A DNA stretch of 64,000 nt from Candidatus Thalassarchaeum sp. (GTDB lineage: Archaea > Thermoplasmatota > Poseidoniia > Poseidoniales > Thalassarchaeaceae), in contig JBJLJN010000014.1 of assembly GCA_045559735.1 (NCBI GenBank), positions 15,451 to 79,450 of the forward strand, given 5' to 3'. The position numbers and the translations under genes were made by a program. Each line of letters opens with the position of its first letter. Position 1 is the first letter of the stretch. Positions 1 through 10,187 of this stretch are shown here, in pieces. Under the pieces are notes generated by a model. It did no database searches. It was not told the origin of the DNA and was given only the letters and a program-made list of their open reading frames with translations.

Positions 1-651
1 CTTGAGGAGCGAGGACACCTGTTCCATTCCCGAGGATCCTTCTCTCAAGGCTAGCACTCTAGATTCAGACGCTTCAAGGAGCTTGGAGAACTCTGAACGT
101 GCCTCGTGGTCATCGTCTTTGGCCAGAAGATCGGGGATCATTGTCAAACAGGAAGCGAATACAACCACTCCCCAAAGAACCAAGTCATCACTGAGTGAGA
201 CTAGGACGGTCATTGCAACAGCGAGGCCAGCTATGCTGGTCATTCCCCTCAATCTTCTTGTATCGACGCTGCTGCCCAACTGCGAATTGGTGAACCACCA
301 TAGATATCCTGCCACAAGCACCATCAAAGCTGCAGCAATTGCTTTGTCATCAGGGCCGTAGGTGATGCCCGCGAAGGCTAGGATGCTTGGCCAAGAGATG
401 TTGGAAGCAGTTGACAGCCTAGACCTCTCCTCTGGTCCGAAATAGACTAGGTCGTTGAGCAGTAGTGCGGATACGAACATAACAAGCACTGGCCCGAAGG
501 TCTGGATTGTCTCTGCTTCCCCAAACAGTCCTGGAGTCAGCCACCAACCACCGGCCAACACCAGAGTTAGTGTGCATGCCAGAGCCAGTCTCTCTACCCT
601 CAAGCTATGTGCTTGGACCGTCTTCTGAGGGTAGTCAGGAAGGAGGACCAT
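1..651 (-). CDS. Hypothetical multi-pass membrane protein, truncated at the window edge
   Basis: Not in the ORF track. Manual translation from ATG at 651 gives 217 stop-free codons to base 1 (MVLLPDYPQKTVQAHSLRVERLALACTLTLVLAGGWWL...), with several hydrophobic segments followed by a charged helical region. Confidence 0.8.
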   Translation of the reverse strand, partial: MVLLPDYPQKTVQAHSLRVERLALACTLTLVLAGGWWLTPGLFGEAETIQTFGPVLVMFVSALLLNDLVYFGPEERSRLSTASNISWPSILAFAGITYGPDDKAIAAALMVLVAGYLWWFTNSQLGSSVDTRRLRGMTSIAGLAVAMTVLVSLSDDLVLWGVVVFASCLTMIPDLLAKDDDHEARSEFSKLLEASESRVLALREGSSGMEQVSSLLK

Positions 652-700
652 GGGGTCCAACCAGAGTCATCTGTCAAGAGTTGTGCGGAAGGCTGTGTAA

Positions 701-3700
701 CTATGGCCTCAACGACTCAGGGCCCCAAGCACGACGGGCGAGCCACGCCAACAGCATCAGCAATACCAGTACTGTCATCACAACCTGCAAAGGCATCTGC
801 CAAGACGACTGGACCATGTAGTCGTGTTCAATCTCAAGGCTGCCATTGCTAGAAGCGCTTTCACTAATCCAATCTAGTCTGAGATCGAAATCACTGGAAC
901 TGAGTTCTAGATGCATCTCGATATCAAAAACCCCCGGTCCAGAAGTTTCTGCGGCTGTCACCATATAGTCATCCGAGCATATCTCTCCGGAGCACAGTAC
1001 CCCGTTGCCGGTGTCAGCACCCGTGTTCTCAAATGTCACCACGATATTGACAGTCTCTCCTTCAACCAAGTCGCCAATGACTACCACATCAAGTACAGAG
1101 ATGTAGACTCCAAGCATCGGAGATACCAATAGACCCCAAGTGATCTCCTCTTCATTTCCGACCGAATCCCATGCTACGACTTGCAAGATGTAGGTCCCGG
1201 CTTCGGATATCGGTAGCATCGTCTGTTCTGCTTGCATCCAATCAGCCTGCTCTACAATCACCTCGCCATCGATGCTAATCTCCCAAGTTGTGTCCTCAAT
1301 CGAGTCTAGATCATCGAATGACTGAGTCAGCGACAGCATGATGCTATCTCCGACACGTGCGGGAGATGAGGGAGATATGGGCGTCTCATTGGAGAAGATT
1401 TCCGGGATGATCGTAGGGCCAGTCGAATCGGTTACTCTGACTATCCAAGAATTTGTCACAGAGTTCCATGCGTCATCGGTGATTTCCAAGATTAACTCAT
1501 ACTCGCTAGGCTGCTTGGATTGATGTCGTTCACTGACATTCAGGTGCATGCCATTGACTTCCTGCGACTGGAAGAATCGATCCATGAACTCAAGATTGTC
1601 GACGCCTGCATGTCTCCAATTCTCTGATTTGTTCATGGAAACCACGATTCCAACTGGCAGTGAACTTGAATCTGATGCGGAGAAGTCGAAGTAGAACTCA
1701 CTTCCCGATGGCACCTCTAACACTGCTGTGCTGCTGTCCAGTACATGGGACTCGCCATCTATCACATTGGTGAAGGATACATCCCAAGTCGGCAAGTCTC
1801 CGTCAATCAGGATGTTTTCATACCAATTACTAGACAAAGAGGCGTGGTCCATGCAGTGCATTACGACGCTGGCGACTTCGCCGTGGGAGAAATTTAACTC
1901 AGAGGCAGTGAATTGCAAATCACTACTTTCGGAATGCAATACCATGGTGCCGTTATTGTGGACCGTCCACCACTGAGAAGTGTCATCCAAAGCGCTGTCC
2001 ACGCACTCACCCGAGTACTCAGTAGGATTGTCCAATGGTATCATCGAGTTCCCTGTCAATCTCGAGGCTATGTTAGTCGGATGCACGTTTTCTCCCAATG
2101 TGATGCGGATGTCTGAGGTCACTGAGGCCTGTTCGCGGTTTACGATGAAGTCGTTCGGGGTGCCTTCGATTATACTCTGCATGGCGCTGTATCTGAACTC
2201 CCAAGGACTCGGAAGAATCACGTTGAGGGGTATTTCCTCAATCACTCCGCCGACTCTGGGGATGTCAAGTATCCTGATTGAACGAGAATCGGTGTTCCCG
2301 GTTAGGACGGCTGCCTCTCCCCAACCCCAACTGCCGTTGACATCTACTGGGCCGATGTTTGGTGGAATGACTACGATTTCCATGCCACGACCGGATGGAA
2401 TCATCGCGGCGTAGTCGATTAGACAGCATCCAAGCAACTCAGAGTCAGTGAGATTACGGGCGTTCTCAACTAAGTCTGCAAATTGAGAGACCTCTGCAAT
2501 GCTGAGTTCACCGTCTGCATCCCCAAGATGATGATCTATCTGGACTCTTACTCCTAATTCCCTGTCAGGAAGCAGGTCTGTCCCGTAGTCGTCACTTACT
2601 GAGACATTGGCATGCCAGATAGCTGAAATTTCTGATGATTCGGTGAACGGTCCGATGATTTCAAAACTAGAATCTCCCATTATCGACTTATTCTGCAGTG
2701 GCAGCGGGTCTGGCCAAATCCACTCCTGATTCTCCGAATCCAATGCGGTGGTATTCGCGTAGTCCACAGCCATCATAGCCTGCGAGATGGTGTTCTCACG
2801 GTCGTACTTCCAGCTCCCATCTGGACGGGTGTTGGTGAACATCACAAAGACCACTGATTCACCTGAATCGGTAACTTCTCTCCTGAAGTTGGTCGATGAA
2901 CCCGAGAATGCCCCCCAATGGTGCCAGGTCTGTTCATCCTCACTCAGAACGTAAACTCCACCACCGTACCAAGGTTGAATCTGGTCGTAGGAATTCTCTG
3001 TGAAGAAGTCGAACGAGTCCTCGAAGATACCACTGTCGATTGAACCGTCGATATGAGAGATGAATCTAGCATAATCCGATGCTGTTGCGATCCAGCCGCC
3101 TCCGCCGTCCTTCTCCTCTATTACGAAGGCCCCGCAATCAGGTCCGGGCGCAGTAGGGAATATGGGGTCGCCGTCCTCATCTTGACCGGATGGGAAGTGG
3201 CACCATCCAGTATAGTCATCGAAATAGGAGACCTCGTGCTCAGCTCTTTGGTCAGGCATGGTCATCCCGATTGACATACTGTGAATGCCCATAGGAGTCA
3301 GGACATTATCGGTGATGTAGTCCTCGTATCCCATTCCTGTCTGGACCTCGATAATCTGACCGAGGATCTGGTAACCTACGTTCGAGTACTCATAATCCTG
3401 CCCGGGTTCGTATTCGAGTGGCCTCCTCAACCACTCAGAGAGGATCCTCTCCATCGGGATAGGAGCTAGGTTGCCGTTATCGAAGTCATCAATCAATGAC
3501 TGCTTGTCTATGCATGGGTCGTTCTGCCAAGACCCCACCCAGTTGTTCCAATGACGGTAGGTGGGGTCAATGCTGGGATTGAAACCGGCGCGGTGATTGA
3601 GTAGCATGGAGATGTTGATATCATCAATTGAGTATGATGTCGAGTGGTTAGGATAGTCGCATCCATCAAGTTCTGGTGGAAGTAAGTGCGGCGCTAGATT

Positions 3701-4075
3701 GACCATTCTGTCATCTAGCGAGATTGTGCCATTCTCGACTAGAGTGAGGATGCCTGCAGCGGTAATCGCTTTGGATAAGCTGGCTATCCTGAACTTCGAA
3801 TTTACCGTTACCGGAGAGGACCAGTAAGTGCCATTCTCATCGGTGCCGTTGGCTGCGATTCCGTAGCCCTTGTTGAAAACTAGTGAGCCGTTGTACATCA
3901 CTGCGACCTGAGCCCCCGGAATTTGCCAATCTGCCAATAGATCTGAGATGTCGGAATCAAAGTCCGAGAACAGGTCGTTCTGTATGTGTCCAGGTTCGTC
4001 TGCTGCAGAGGGGGTCGTCACGGTCGATAACAGCATCAGCAGAGCGAGGAAGAGTGCAAGAGGGCGCTGCGTCAT
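701..4075 (-). CDS. Secreted serine hydrolase (beta-lactamase/PBP-like family) with long beta-rich acidic region and C-terminal membrane anchor
   Basis: Signal peptide; IPGAQVAV, FRIASLSK (SxxK), YEYSN (YxN) and HWG motifs; about 650 further aa of acidic beta-rich sequence; C-terminal TM followed by basic residues. Confidence 0.85.
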   Translation of the reverse strand: MTQRPLALFLALLMLLSTVTTPSAADEPGHIQNDLFSDFDSDISDLLADWQIPGAQVAVMYNGSLVFNKGYGIAANGTDENGTYWSSPVTVNSKFRIASLSKAITAAGILTLVENGTISLDDRMVNLAPHLLPPELDGCDYPNHSTSYSIDDINISMLLNHRAGFNPSIDPTYRHWNNWVGSWQNDPCIDKQSLIDDFDNGNLAPIPMERILSEWLRRPLEYEPGQDYEYSNVGYQILGQIIEVQTGMGYEDYITDNVLTPMGIHSMSIGMTMPDQRAEHEVSYFDDYTGWCHFPSGQDEDGDPIFPTAPGPDCGAFVIEEKDGGGGWIATASDYARFISHIDGSIDSGIFEDSFDFFTENSYDQIQPWYGGGVYVLSEDEQTWHHWGAFSGSSTNFRREVTDSGESVVFVMFTNTRPDGSWKYDRENTISQAMMAVDYANTTALDSENQEWIWPDPLPLQNKSIMGDSSFEIIGPFTESSEISAIWHANVSVSDDYGTDLLPDRELGVRVQIDHHLGDADGELSIAEVSQFADLVENARNLTDSELLGCCLIDYAAMIPSGRGMEIVVIPPNIGPVDVNGSWGWGEAAVLTGNTDSRSIRILDIPRVGGVIEEIPLNVILPSPWEFRYSAMQSIIEGTPNDFIVNREQASVTSDIRITLGENVHPTNIASRLTGNSMIPLDNPTEYSGECVDSALDDTSQWWTVHNNGTMVLHSESSDLQFTASELNFSHGEVASVVMHCMDHASLSSNWYENILIDGDLPTWDVSFTNVIDGESHVLDSSTAVLEVPSGSEFYFDFSASDSSSLPVGIVVSMNKSENWRHAGVDNLEFMDRFFQSQEVNGMHLNVSERHQSKQPSEYELILEITDDAWNSVTNSWIVRVTDSTGPTIIPEIFSNETPISPSSPARVGDSIMLSLTQSFDDLDSIEDTTWEISIDGEVIVEQADWMQAEQTMLPISEAGTYILQVVAWDSVGNEEEITWGLLVSPMLGVYISVLDVVVIGDLVEGETVNIVVTFENTGADTGNGVLCSGEICSDDYMVTAAETSGPGVFDIEMHLELSSSDFDLRLDWISESASSNGSLEIEHDYMVQSSWQMPLQVVMTVLVLLMLLAWLARRAWGPESLRP

Positions 4076-4082
4076 GTTCTCA

Positions 4083-5057
4083 CTACCTGTTGTGGATTAT
4101 CTCCGAGCCAGTCCAATCGACATTCAGCGGAATAAGGCCATGAGACTCGCCCAGAGAGGAGAGGTCCTTGCGCAGGCCAGAGGCCCCATGAACCAGGAAG
4201 AAACCTCCTCCTCCTGCCCCCAATAGTTTGGCTCCGGAGGCTCCCATAGCCATGATTCGCTTATGCAGAGTGTCCAGTTCATCTCCACTGACGCTCGCAG
4301 AAATTCCTCTCTTGATATTCCATGCCTCGCCTATCAATGAGCCCAGACCAGAGATGTCTCCTTTTGCGAGAAGGTCGTGAGCCTGATCAGCTTGTCCTCG
4401 AATAGTTCGCAGGCGGGCCAACTTGTCAGACTCGTCTTCGGGGACCTCGCCGAGGACCTCGGAGGCGCTTCTGGACATCCCAGTGAAAACAAGCGTGAAT
4501 TCCTCGGACAAGCGCCCTATGGCCTCATCAGACGCCTCTATACTGTCTACTGACACTCCGCTCGAGTCAAAACAAATCGAGTTGATCCCCCCGAAGGCGG
4601 CCGCATACTGGTCCTGCCTGCCGATAGGCTGGCCCAGTATGTCAATCTCAATCTCGCACGCTTCACTTGCAAGTTGTTCAGCGCTTGTCTCGCGGCCCGC
4701 ATACGCGTGCAATGCGTTAAGCAGACCCACGGTAACAGATGACGACGAGCCCAAGCCTGTCCCTCTGGATGGTATGTCAGCAATGGTGGTAATCTCGACG
4801 CCCGACGTGACTCCGGTCATCCTCATCGCCTCTCTGGCGAGCTCGTGCTCAAGGTCCTCGAAGTCATCTACAATCTCCATCTTTGAGTAGGACAGTCTAA
4901 CCCTATCATCGAATCGGGGGTTGACCGTGACGTGGATGTGCCTGTCAAGTGCGAGAGAGACAACTCTGCCCCCCTTAGGCTCTGACATGGAGAACGAGTC
5001 AATGTCGGTTCCGCCGCCGCAGAACGAGACTCGGACCGGTGTCCGGCTGATTATCAT
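4083..5057 (-). CDS. GHMP-family sugar-phosphate kinase (HddA/heptose-7-phosphate kinase-like)
   Basis: PVRVSFCGGGTD, GTGLGSSSS, GRQDQY and GAGGGG motifs; start placed at MIISRTP. Confidence 0.85.
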   Translation of the reverse strand: MIISRTPVRVSFCGGGTDIDSFSMSEPKGGRVVSLALDRHIHVTVNPRFDDRVRLSYSKMEIVDDFEDLEHELAREAMRMTGVTSGVEITTIADIPSRGTGLGSSSSVTVGLLNALHAYAGRETSAEQLASEACEIEIDILGQPIGRQDQYAAAFGGINSICFDSSGVSVDSIEASDEAIGRLSEEFTLVFTGMSRSASEVLGEVPEDESDKLARLRTIRGQADQAHDLLAKGDISGLGSLIGEAWNIKRGISASVSGDELDTLHKRIMAMGASGAKLLGAGGGGFFLVHGASGLRKDLSSLGESHGLIPLNVDWTGSEIIHNR

Positions 5058-5171
5058 CAGTCGCGCGGGATTATTACCCCACATCAAGCCGACGGTATCC
5101 TGTCAATGGCTCCGGGAGGTCCACAGTAAGACACATAACCGGCACTCTCCCGGCTTCGCTGAGGAGAAGCG

Positions 5172-6101
5172 ATGGGCGACCTCATCACGATGGATGATCT
5201 GAGCAACAAGGAGATTGAGAATCTCCTCGACAACGCCGAGCGTCTCCTTCCCGTCGCCAAAGGCGATGTTCACCTGCCTCTGCTTGAGGGCAGGGTACTC
5301 GCGAACATGTTCTTTGAGAACTCGACCAGAACCCGGATGTCCTTCGAGACAGCAATGAAAAGACTCGGTGGATCTGTCCTCAACTTCAGCACCACCGGAT
5401 CGTCGGTGGCTAAGGGCGAGACGCTTTACGACACCATGCAGATGATCGATGGTTATGCCGACGTGGCAGTAATCAGACATCCAAGGCAAGGTGCGGCGCA
5501 GTACAGCGCCGATGCCATAGATATCCCCGTCCTAAACGCAGGAGATGGAGCGGGCAACCACCCGACTCAGACACTTCTCGATCTGTTCACAATCAGGGAG
5601 GCTCATGGAAAACTCAAGGGACTCAACGTGGTGATAGTAGGAGATTTACGATACGGAAGGACCGCTCACAGCCTCTCACATGCCCTAATCCGCTTCGGAG
5701 CGACACTTACCCTAGTATCTCCCAAATCGCTGATGATGCCAGCAGAAATCGTATCCGATCTGAAGGAGCATGGAGCCGGAGTCACTGAGACTTCCGACTT
5801 CTCTGCGACTATTGCTGAGGCGGATGTAATCTACATGACTCGTATCCAAAAGGAAAGATTCCCGGACGAGGACGAGTACACCAAGGTCGCTGGAATCTAC
5901 ATGCTAAGCGCAGGCGACCTTTCTGGAGTCAAGAAAGAGATGATTGTAATGCATCCTCTACCGAGAGTTGAGGAGATTCACCCCAGCGTCGACTCGACAA
6001 TGCATGCGAGATATTTCCAGCAGGCTTTCAACGGAGTTGTGGCGAGGATGGCCCTGCTTTGTGAGTGTCTTGGCGTCAAGATACCAAAGAAGGTGAAGTA
6101 A
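5172..6101 (+). CDS. pyrB: Aspartate carbamoyltransferase catalytic subunit
   Basis: FFENSTRT, HPTQ, GDLRYGRT and MHPLPR motifs; GAGGAG upstream. Confidence 0.97.
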   Translation: MGDLITMDDLSNKEIENLLDNAERLLPVAKGDVHLPLLEGRVLANMFFENSTRTRMSFETAMKRLGGSVLNFSTTGSSVAKGETLYDTMQMIDGYADVAVIRHPRQGAAQYSADAIDIPVLNAGDGAGNHPTQTLLDLFTIREAHGKLKGLNVVIVGDLRYGRTAHSLSHALIRFGATLTLVSPKSLMMPAEIVSDLKEHGAGVTETSDFSATIAEADVIYMTRIQKERFPDEDEYTKVAGIYMLSAGDLSGVKKEMIVMHPLPRVEEIHPSVDSTMHARYFQQAFNGVVARMALLCECLGVKIPKKVK

Positions 6102-6568
6102 TGAGCGAGATGAGGCGTGTCACAGCGATTTGCAACGGTACTGTGGTCGACCACATTCCTTCTGGACGAGCTATCCAGGTGCTGAAGATGCTCAGGCTGG
6201 ACATCGGGCGCTCAAACCCGATTTCTCTGGTAATGAATGTGCCCAGCGCCAAGCTCGGTCGCAAGGACGTGCTCAAGATTGAGGACCGCGAGCTTAACCA
6301 AGAGGAGTTGGATCGTTTGGCACTGCTCGCTCCCGCAGCAAGTGTGGCCATCATCAGGAACTACAGTGTCGCTGAGAAGCTCAAGGCCGAACTCGGGGAC
6401 GAGTTGGTCAACATAGCCCGCTGCTCGTTCTGGAACTGCATCACACAGAATTCCAGAGAGCCTCTGCCACAGAAACTGCGAGTGGTCAATGTCGAGCCGC
6501 TCGAGATTCGCTGCTCATACTGCGGGCGCGGGCAAGACATGGACGAGGTCGTCGATAACATCCTCTGA
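6101..6568 (+). CDS. pyrI: Aspartate carbamoyltransferase regulatory subunit
   Basis: GTVVDHI, KDVLKIE and Zn ligands CxxxxC...CxYC; TAATG overlap with pyrB, GGTGA ribosome-binding site. Confidence 0.95.
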   Translation: MSEMRRVTAICNGTVVDHIPSGRAIQVLKMLRLDIGRSNPISLVMNVPSAKLGRKDVLKIEDRELNQEELDRLALLAPAASVAIIRNYSVAEKLKAELGDELVNIARCSFWNCITQNSREPLPQKLRVVNVEPLEIRCSYCGRGQDMDEVVDNIL

Positions 6569-6620
6569 ATAGAAGCCTCAATCGTCGTCAGATTGGCTCC
6601 TCCACTCTCTGGTGGCCTGG

Positions 6621-7199
6621 TTACGTCGAATTTTGCGTGTTTCCACTAACCAAAGCGACTTGTGAAGAAGGATTGTTGTTGTCCTTCAGAGCGAAAGCGA
6701 AGATTACTCCTACACCTAGAAGCAGCAGTGAGAGGCAAACCCCCATGCAGCCGAGACCAAATGACCAGAAACCCTGCACATCGATGGATATCTCTCGAAT
6801 CATGACATCGCTGTCTCCGGTGACGTCTCCGGAGAACCGAACTTTCCAAGTGTCCGAGTAGGACACGTATACGTCGCCGACGTATGTGTACCCTGGCTCG
6901 TAGAAGGATTCGCATGAGTAGTCTTCCTCGCAAGGCACGAAGCGACTGTTCACATCACCATTCAGCAGTTCCACATCCACGGATCTATACTCTTGGACGA
7001 AAACCGGATACATGGAAGTCGGATGCATCTCTCCCTCAAAAGTAGCTGGCGTTTTCCCCGTCCACAGATCGGTCCCGCCCGCATCGAATCCTTCGTCCAT
7101 GTTTTCCATAAATGACCTCAATCCACCAGAGGTGGCAATTGCGCTGACAATCAACAACACGAATCCAGCGCCGAGAGTGATTTTAGTGACCTTATGCAT
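6621..7199 (-). CDS. Hypothetical membrane protein (N- and C-terminal TM, acidic loop)
   Basis: 192-aa ORF filling the gap, with two hydrophobic segments. Confidence 0.75.
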   Translation of the reverse strand: MHKVTKITLGAGFVLLIVSAIATSGGLRSFMENMDEGFDAGGTDLWTGKTPATFEGEMHPTSMYPVFVQEYRSVDVELLNGDVNSRFVPCEEDYSCESFYEPGYTYVGDVYVSYSDTWKVRFSGDVTGDSDVMIREISIDVQGFWSFGLGCMGVCLSLLLLGVGVIFAFALKDNNNPSSQVALVSGNTQNST

Positions 7200-7254
7200 A
7201 GCCTTGGCTGAATCGAATAGAGCATGAATGTTTTCACGACATCAAAGACCGGAT

Positions 7255-7614
7255 TCATATCCAGACGTCATTCGAGGCAGTGAAATTGCCTTCGGTGTTC
7301 CCTGTATTGACTACTCCGCAAGGCTCGATAATCATCACCTTACACTCGTCTTCGGCATACGGCTTGTGCTCTACTCCCTTCGGAACAACATACATCTCGC
7401 CCTCACTCAACTCGACGGTCTTGTCCTTGAACTCGATACTCATCTCGCCCTCGATGACGATGAATGTCTCATCGGTGTCAGTGTGATTGTGCCAGACGAA
7501 ATCACCCTTAATCTTGACCAGCTTGAACTGGTAGTCGTTCATCTCAGCGATTACCTTGGGTGACCAGTGGTCAGAGAACTTTGAGAGTTTGTCTCTCAGG
7601 TTGATCTTGCTCAT
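7255..7614 (-). CDS. Cupin domain protein
   Basis: WHNHTDTDE...VPKGVEHKP cupin metal-binding motifs. Confidence 0.9.
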   Translation of the reverse strand: MSKINLRDKLSKFSDHWSPKVIAEMNDYQFKLVKIKGDFVWHNHTDTDETFIVIEGEMSIEFKDKTVELSEGEMYVVPKGVEHKPYAEDECKVMIIEPCGVVNTGNTEGNFTASNDVWI

Positions 7615-7628
7615 CTTCCCTCACACTC

Positions 7629-8630
7629 TCAAGTAGTCTCGGCCAACCATCTCTTCATCGTACAGGCCTGACAGACCTCTCTGCTTGTGACCTCGCCGCA
7701 CTCTGAGCAATTTCGAACCTCTGATTTTGGGTCACGCTCTGTCTCACGATGAAGCCTTCGAATCTCGTCGAGTGAATGTAGTAGTCCATGCCTTGCACCG
7801 GGAGTCATCGACTCCATCTGTGCTACTATGCCTCTGCTCTGCTGGCGCATCGCACCGGCGGCGTGCGGGCAGTCACCGTGGTGGATGGGCAGACCTTGGC
7901 AGATTGCGTGCGCGTGGATCTCCTGCTCAGGAATCCACCGCAGTGGGACGATTCTGGGGGCGATGCCTGCGATTGGATTGTCAGTATGAGGGGCGAGTCT
8001 GATTGAGCGTTCGACCTCACCCTTCTGGAAATTCATCAGGATTGATTGAGCCATATCATCGAGGTTGTGACCCAAAGCCATTACATCGGCATTCACCTTC
8101 TGGGCGAGTGTATTCAGGCCCTGACGGCGGAACACTCCGCAGAATGAGCAGGGCATCATCCCCTTAGCCTCGTCATGGTTCTCACTCATCGCTGGAATCC
8201 GAGTCACTACCTCGTCCATTCTCTCGTATCCAATCTCCTCATAACTGAGCGTCTCGAACCTTACTCCAAGTTGCTCTGTGAGATTTCTCGCGCACTCCAA
8301 TGAAGGTGCCCTGTAGCCATCTATGCCCTCGTCTACGCAGCCAGCTATCAACTCGACATCACGTCGGCGTGATAGGATGTTGTGCATCATCGACAGAAGC
8401 ACTGCTGAGTCCTTTCCTCCCGATACAGCCACCAGTATGCGAAATGGTGAGTCGTCCTCATGCCTCGCATCCTTGGGCAGAATGAGCTGCTGCCTGAGTT
8501 CCTTGGACATCCTCTTCCTGATGGATGAAGCGAGATGTTTGCCGCACAGATGCTGGCCGCTGTACTCCTGATGCACCACCGATGCGTAGTCGCAACGACT
8601 GCAGGGCTCCACGGAGATTGCGGCTGGCAT
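7629..8630 (-). CDS. tRNA 2-thiolation protein (TtuA/Ctu1/Ncs6 family)
   Basis: PP-loop SGGKDS, CxxC motifs at both termini, CSFC, GHNLDD and CPH; start placed at MPAAISVEPC, with TTGAA 25-29 nt upstream. Confidence 0.9.
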   Translation of the reverse strand: MPAAISVEPCSRCDYASVVHQEYSGQHLCGKHLASSIRKRMSKELRQQLILPKDARHEDDSPFRILVAVSGGKDSAVLLSMMHNILSRRRDVELIAGCVDEGIDGYRAPSLECARNLTEQLGVRFETLSYEEIGYERMDEVVTRIPAMSENHDEAKGMMPCSFCGVFRRQGLNTLAQKVNADVMALGHNLDDMAQSILMNFQKGEVERSIRLAPHTDNPIAGIAPRIVPLRWIPEQEIHAHAICQGLPIHHGDCPHAAGAMRQQSRGIVAQMESMTPGARHGLLHSLDEIRRLHRETERDPKSEVRNCSECGEVTSREVCQACTMKRWLAETT

Positions 8631-8762
8631 GCTGTTCGCTATACGCAATCGAGTTTCAATCCACCCATCAGAGGAATCTTTCCGTTCCGGTGGATTGATG
8701 GCCCGAATGTTCATGCTACACGCATGGAAGACGGTTTGCCTCTGCCGGGTCGGCCCGTGGAG

Positions 8763-8951
8763 ATGGCGCCGCAGAATTCCTCGCTGCTTGAGCGCGTCTG
8801 CTTCGTTGTATCAGCAGTAGGGGTCTATTCCTACTTCGATTTGCTCGACTTCCTGCCCTTCCCTGCCGCGTTGGTGGTTGCGATACTGGCGGTGCCAGTG
8901 CTTGCCGAGGTGATGGTGAGAATTGCCGCAAAACTGGGGCTGTTCCCCTAG
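8763..8951 (+). CDS. Small two-TM hypothetical protein (62 aa)
   Basis: C-terminal part of track ORF 8535..8951 from ATG 8763 after GGAG; hydrophobic; 4-nt convergent overlap with the next gene. Confidence 0.65.
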   Translation: MAPQNSSLLERVCFVVSAVGVYSYFDLLDFLPFPAALVVAILAVPVLAEVMVRIAAKLGLFP

Positions 8952-10177
8952 TCGCTGCGCAGTCTGCTCATGCCTGTCTCGAGTATCCCAGTCAGGCGCT
9001 GCCACGGAAGAACGAAGCGCATACCAGCGACCACGAGCAAAAATAGACCCGCCGAGATTACCTTGCCGTAGGTCAGTTGCAGCTCCAGTGATTCACGAAC
9101 CTGCCCAGACCACTGTGAACCCTCTAGAAGCCCTACCAATGAGATTAGGAAGTCATCGAACTCCAAGGCGATAGCCGTAGTTAGCATGACTACCCCTGTG
9201 ATGAGAGTCATGTGGACTAGGTGTGAGTTAACCACGTTGTTGAATTGGCTGACATATTCGGGGTTCCTCTTGGCATCCTCAGGCAACAGTGCAGCGTACT
9301 CGAGGTGACTAATCACTGCGAGTCCTGCCTCCATGAAGACAATGATGAGTATGGCAATTGAAATCAGAGTCAGCGAGAGTGGTGAGAAAAGCCCGCCGTA
9401 TAGCGTCGCGTCTCCAATCTGTGCTGGCAGGGGTTGGAGCCCGACGTCAACGGCATCAGTGATGCCTTCAAAGGTCAGCAGCGCATGTATGCCGACCACC
9501 ATCAGGAAGTATCCGACAGCCCAAGTAATCATCCGCTTGGATAGGCCCCAGATTCCCATCAGGCCAGCCAAAATTGGGGCGAAAACGATTCCGAGGAAGA
9601 ATAATTCGAATATGAACATGAAGGGGTCCCAAAGCTTGTCGATATGGTTCAGATTGGGGTTCTCGTTTCCGAGTGGCAGATGCGGCCCGGCTACCACTAT
9701 CTGATAGATCCATGACAGCAAGAAGGGCAGCGCCATCCAGGCAAAGAAGCCCCACGAGACCAGTCTGTTAGCCCAGGTCTGGATCCTCTCCGGCTGATTG
9801 AGGATGGATACCCAAACGGCGGTGATAGCCACGCAGAACAGCACCGGTGCTACGAAGGTGGCATCTCCCGACAGCTCATTTCCCGACATGTCAACTAGTC
9901 CATGGATGAAGTCAGGCAGAATCAAATCCACGGTGTCTGAATCACTCCAGTATCTGACTCCCCTAGTGTGCTCATAGGCAGGGCACCAATATGTGGAGTC
10001 GATCCCTCCAGACTCCTCGATGAAATCATCTGTGCACAAGCCGAAGACAGAGTTCATCCTCCTCATTACCATCAACAGGGAAGCCGTAGAGATTAGCTGC
10101 AGAACGAGTATCTGCCAGCGCCTGCGCAGCTTGGGTATGTGCAGGGTCTTGGACTCGGGTACTGATTCCATAGCCAT
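8948..10177 (-). CDS. Hypothetical polytopic membrane protein
   Basis: 409 aa with about 8 hydrophobic segments; GGGTGA RBS; 10 nt downstream of the DUF58 gene. Confidence 0.85.
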   Translation of the reverse strand: MAMESVPESKTLHIPKLRRRWQILVLQLISTASLLMVMRRMNSVFGLCTDDFIEESGGIDSTYWCPAYEHTRGVRYWSDSDTVDLILPDFIHGLVDMSGNELSGDATFVAPVLFCVAITAVWVSILNQPERIQTWANRLVSWGFFAWMALPFLLSWIYQIVVAGPHLPLGNENPNLNHIDKLWDPFMFIFELFFLGIVFAPILAGLMGIWGLSKRMITWAVGYFLMVVGIHALLTFEGITDAVDVGLQPLPAQIGDATLYGGLFSPLSLTLISIAILIIVFMEAGLAVISHLEYAALLPEDAKRNPEYVSQFNNVVNSHLVHMTLITGVVMLTTAIALEFDDFLISLVGLLEGSQWSGQVRESLELQLTYGKVISAGLFLLVVAGMRFVLPWQRLTGILETGMSRLRSD

Positions 10178-10187
10178 TCATTCACCC

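Noticed and set aside
701..4075. Antibiotic-resistance beta-lactamase
   Set aside because: The motifs define a broad serine hydrolase fold, and an archaeon has no beta-lactam target to protect.
5113..5153. CCGGGAG...CTCCCGG inverted repeat before pyrB as a possible attenuator
   Set aside because: Only 7 bp with a long loop and no U-tract; compatible with chance.
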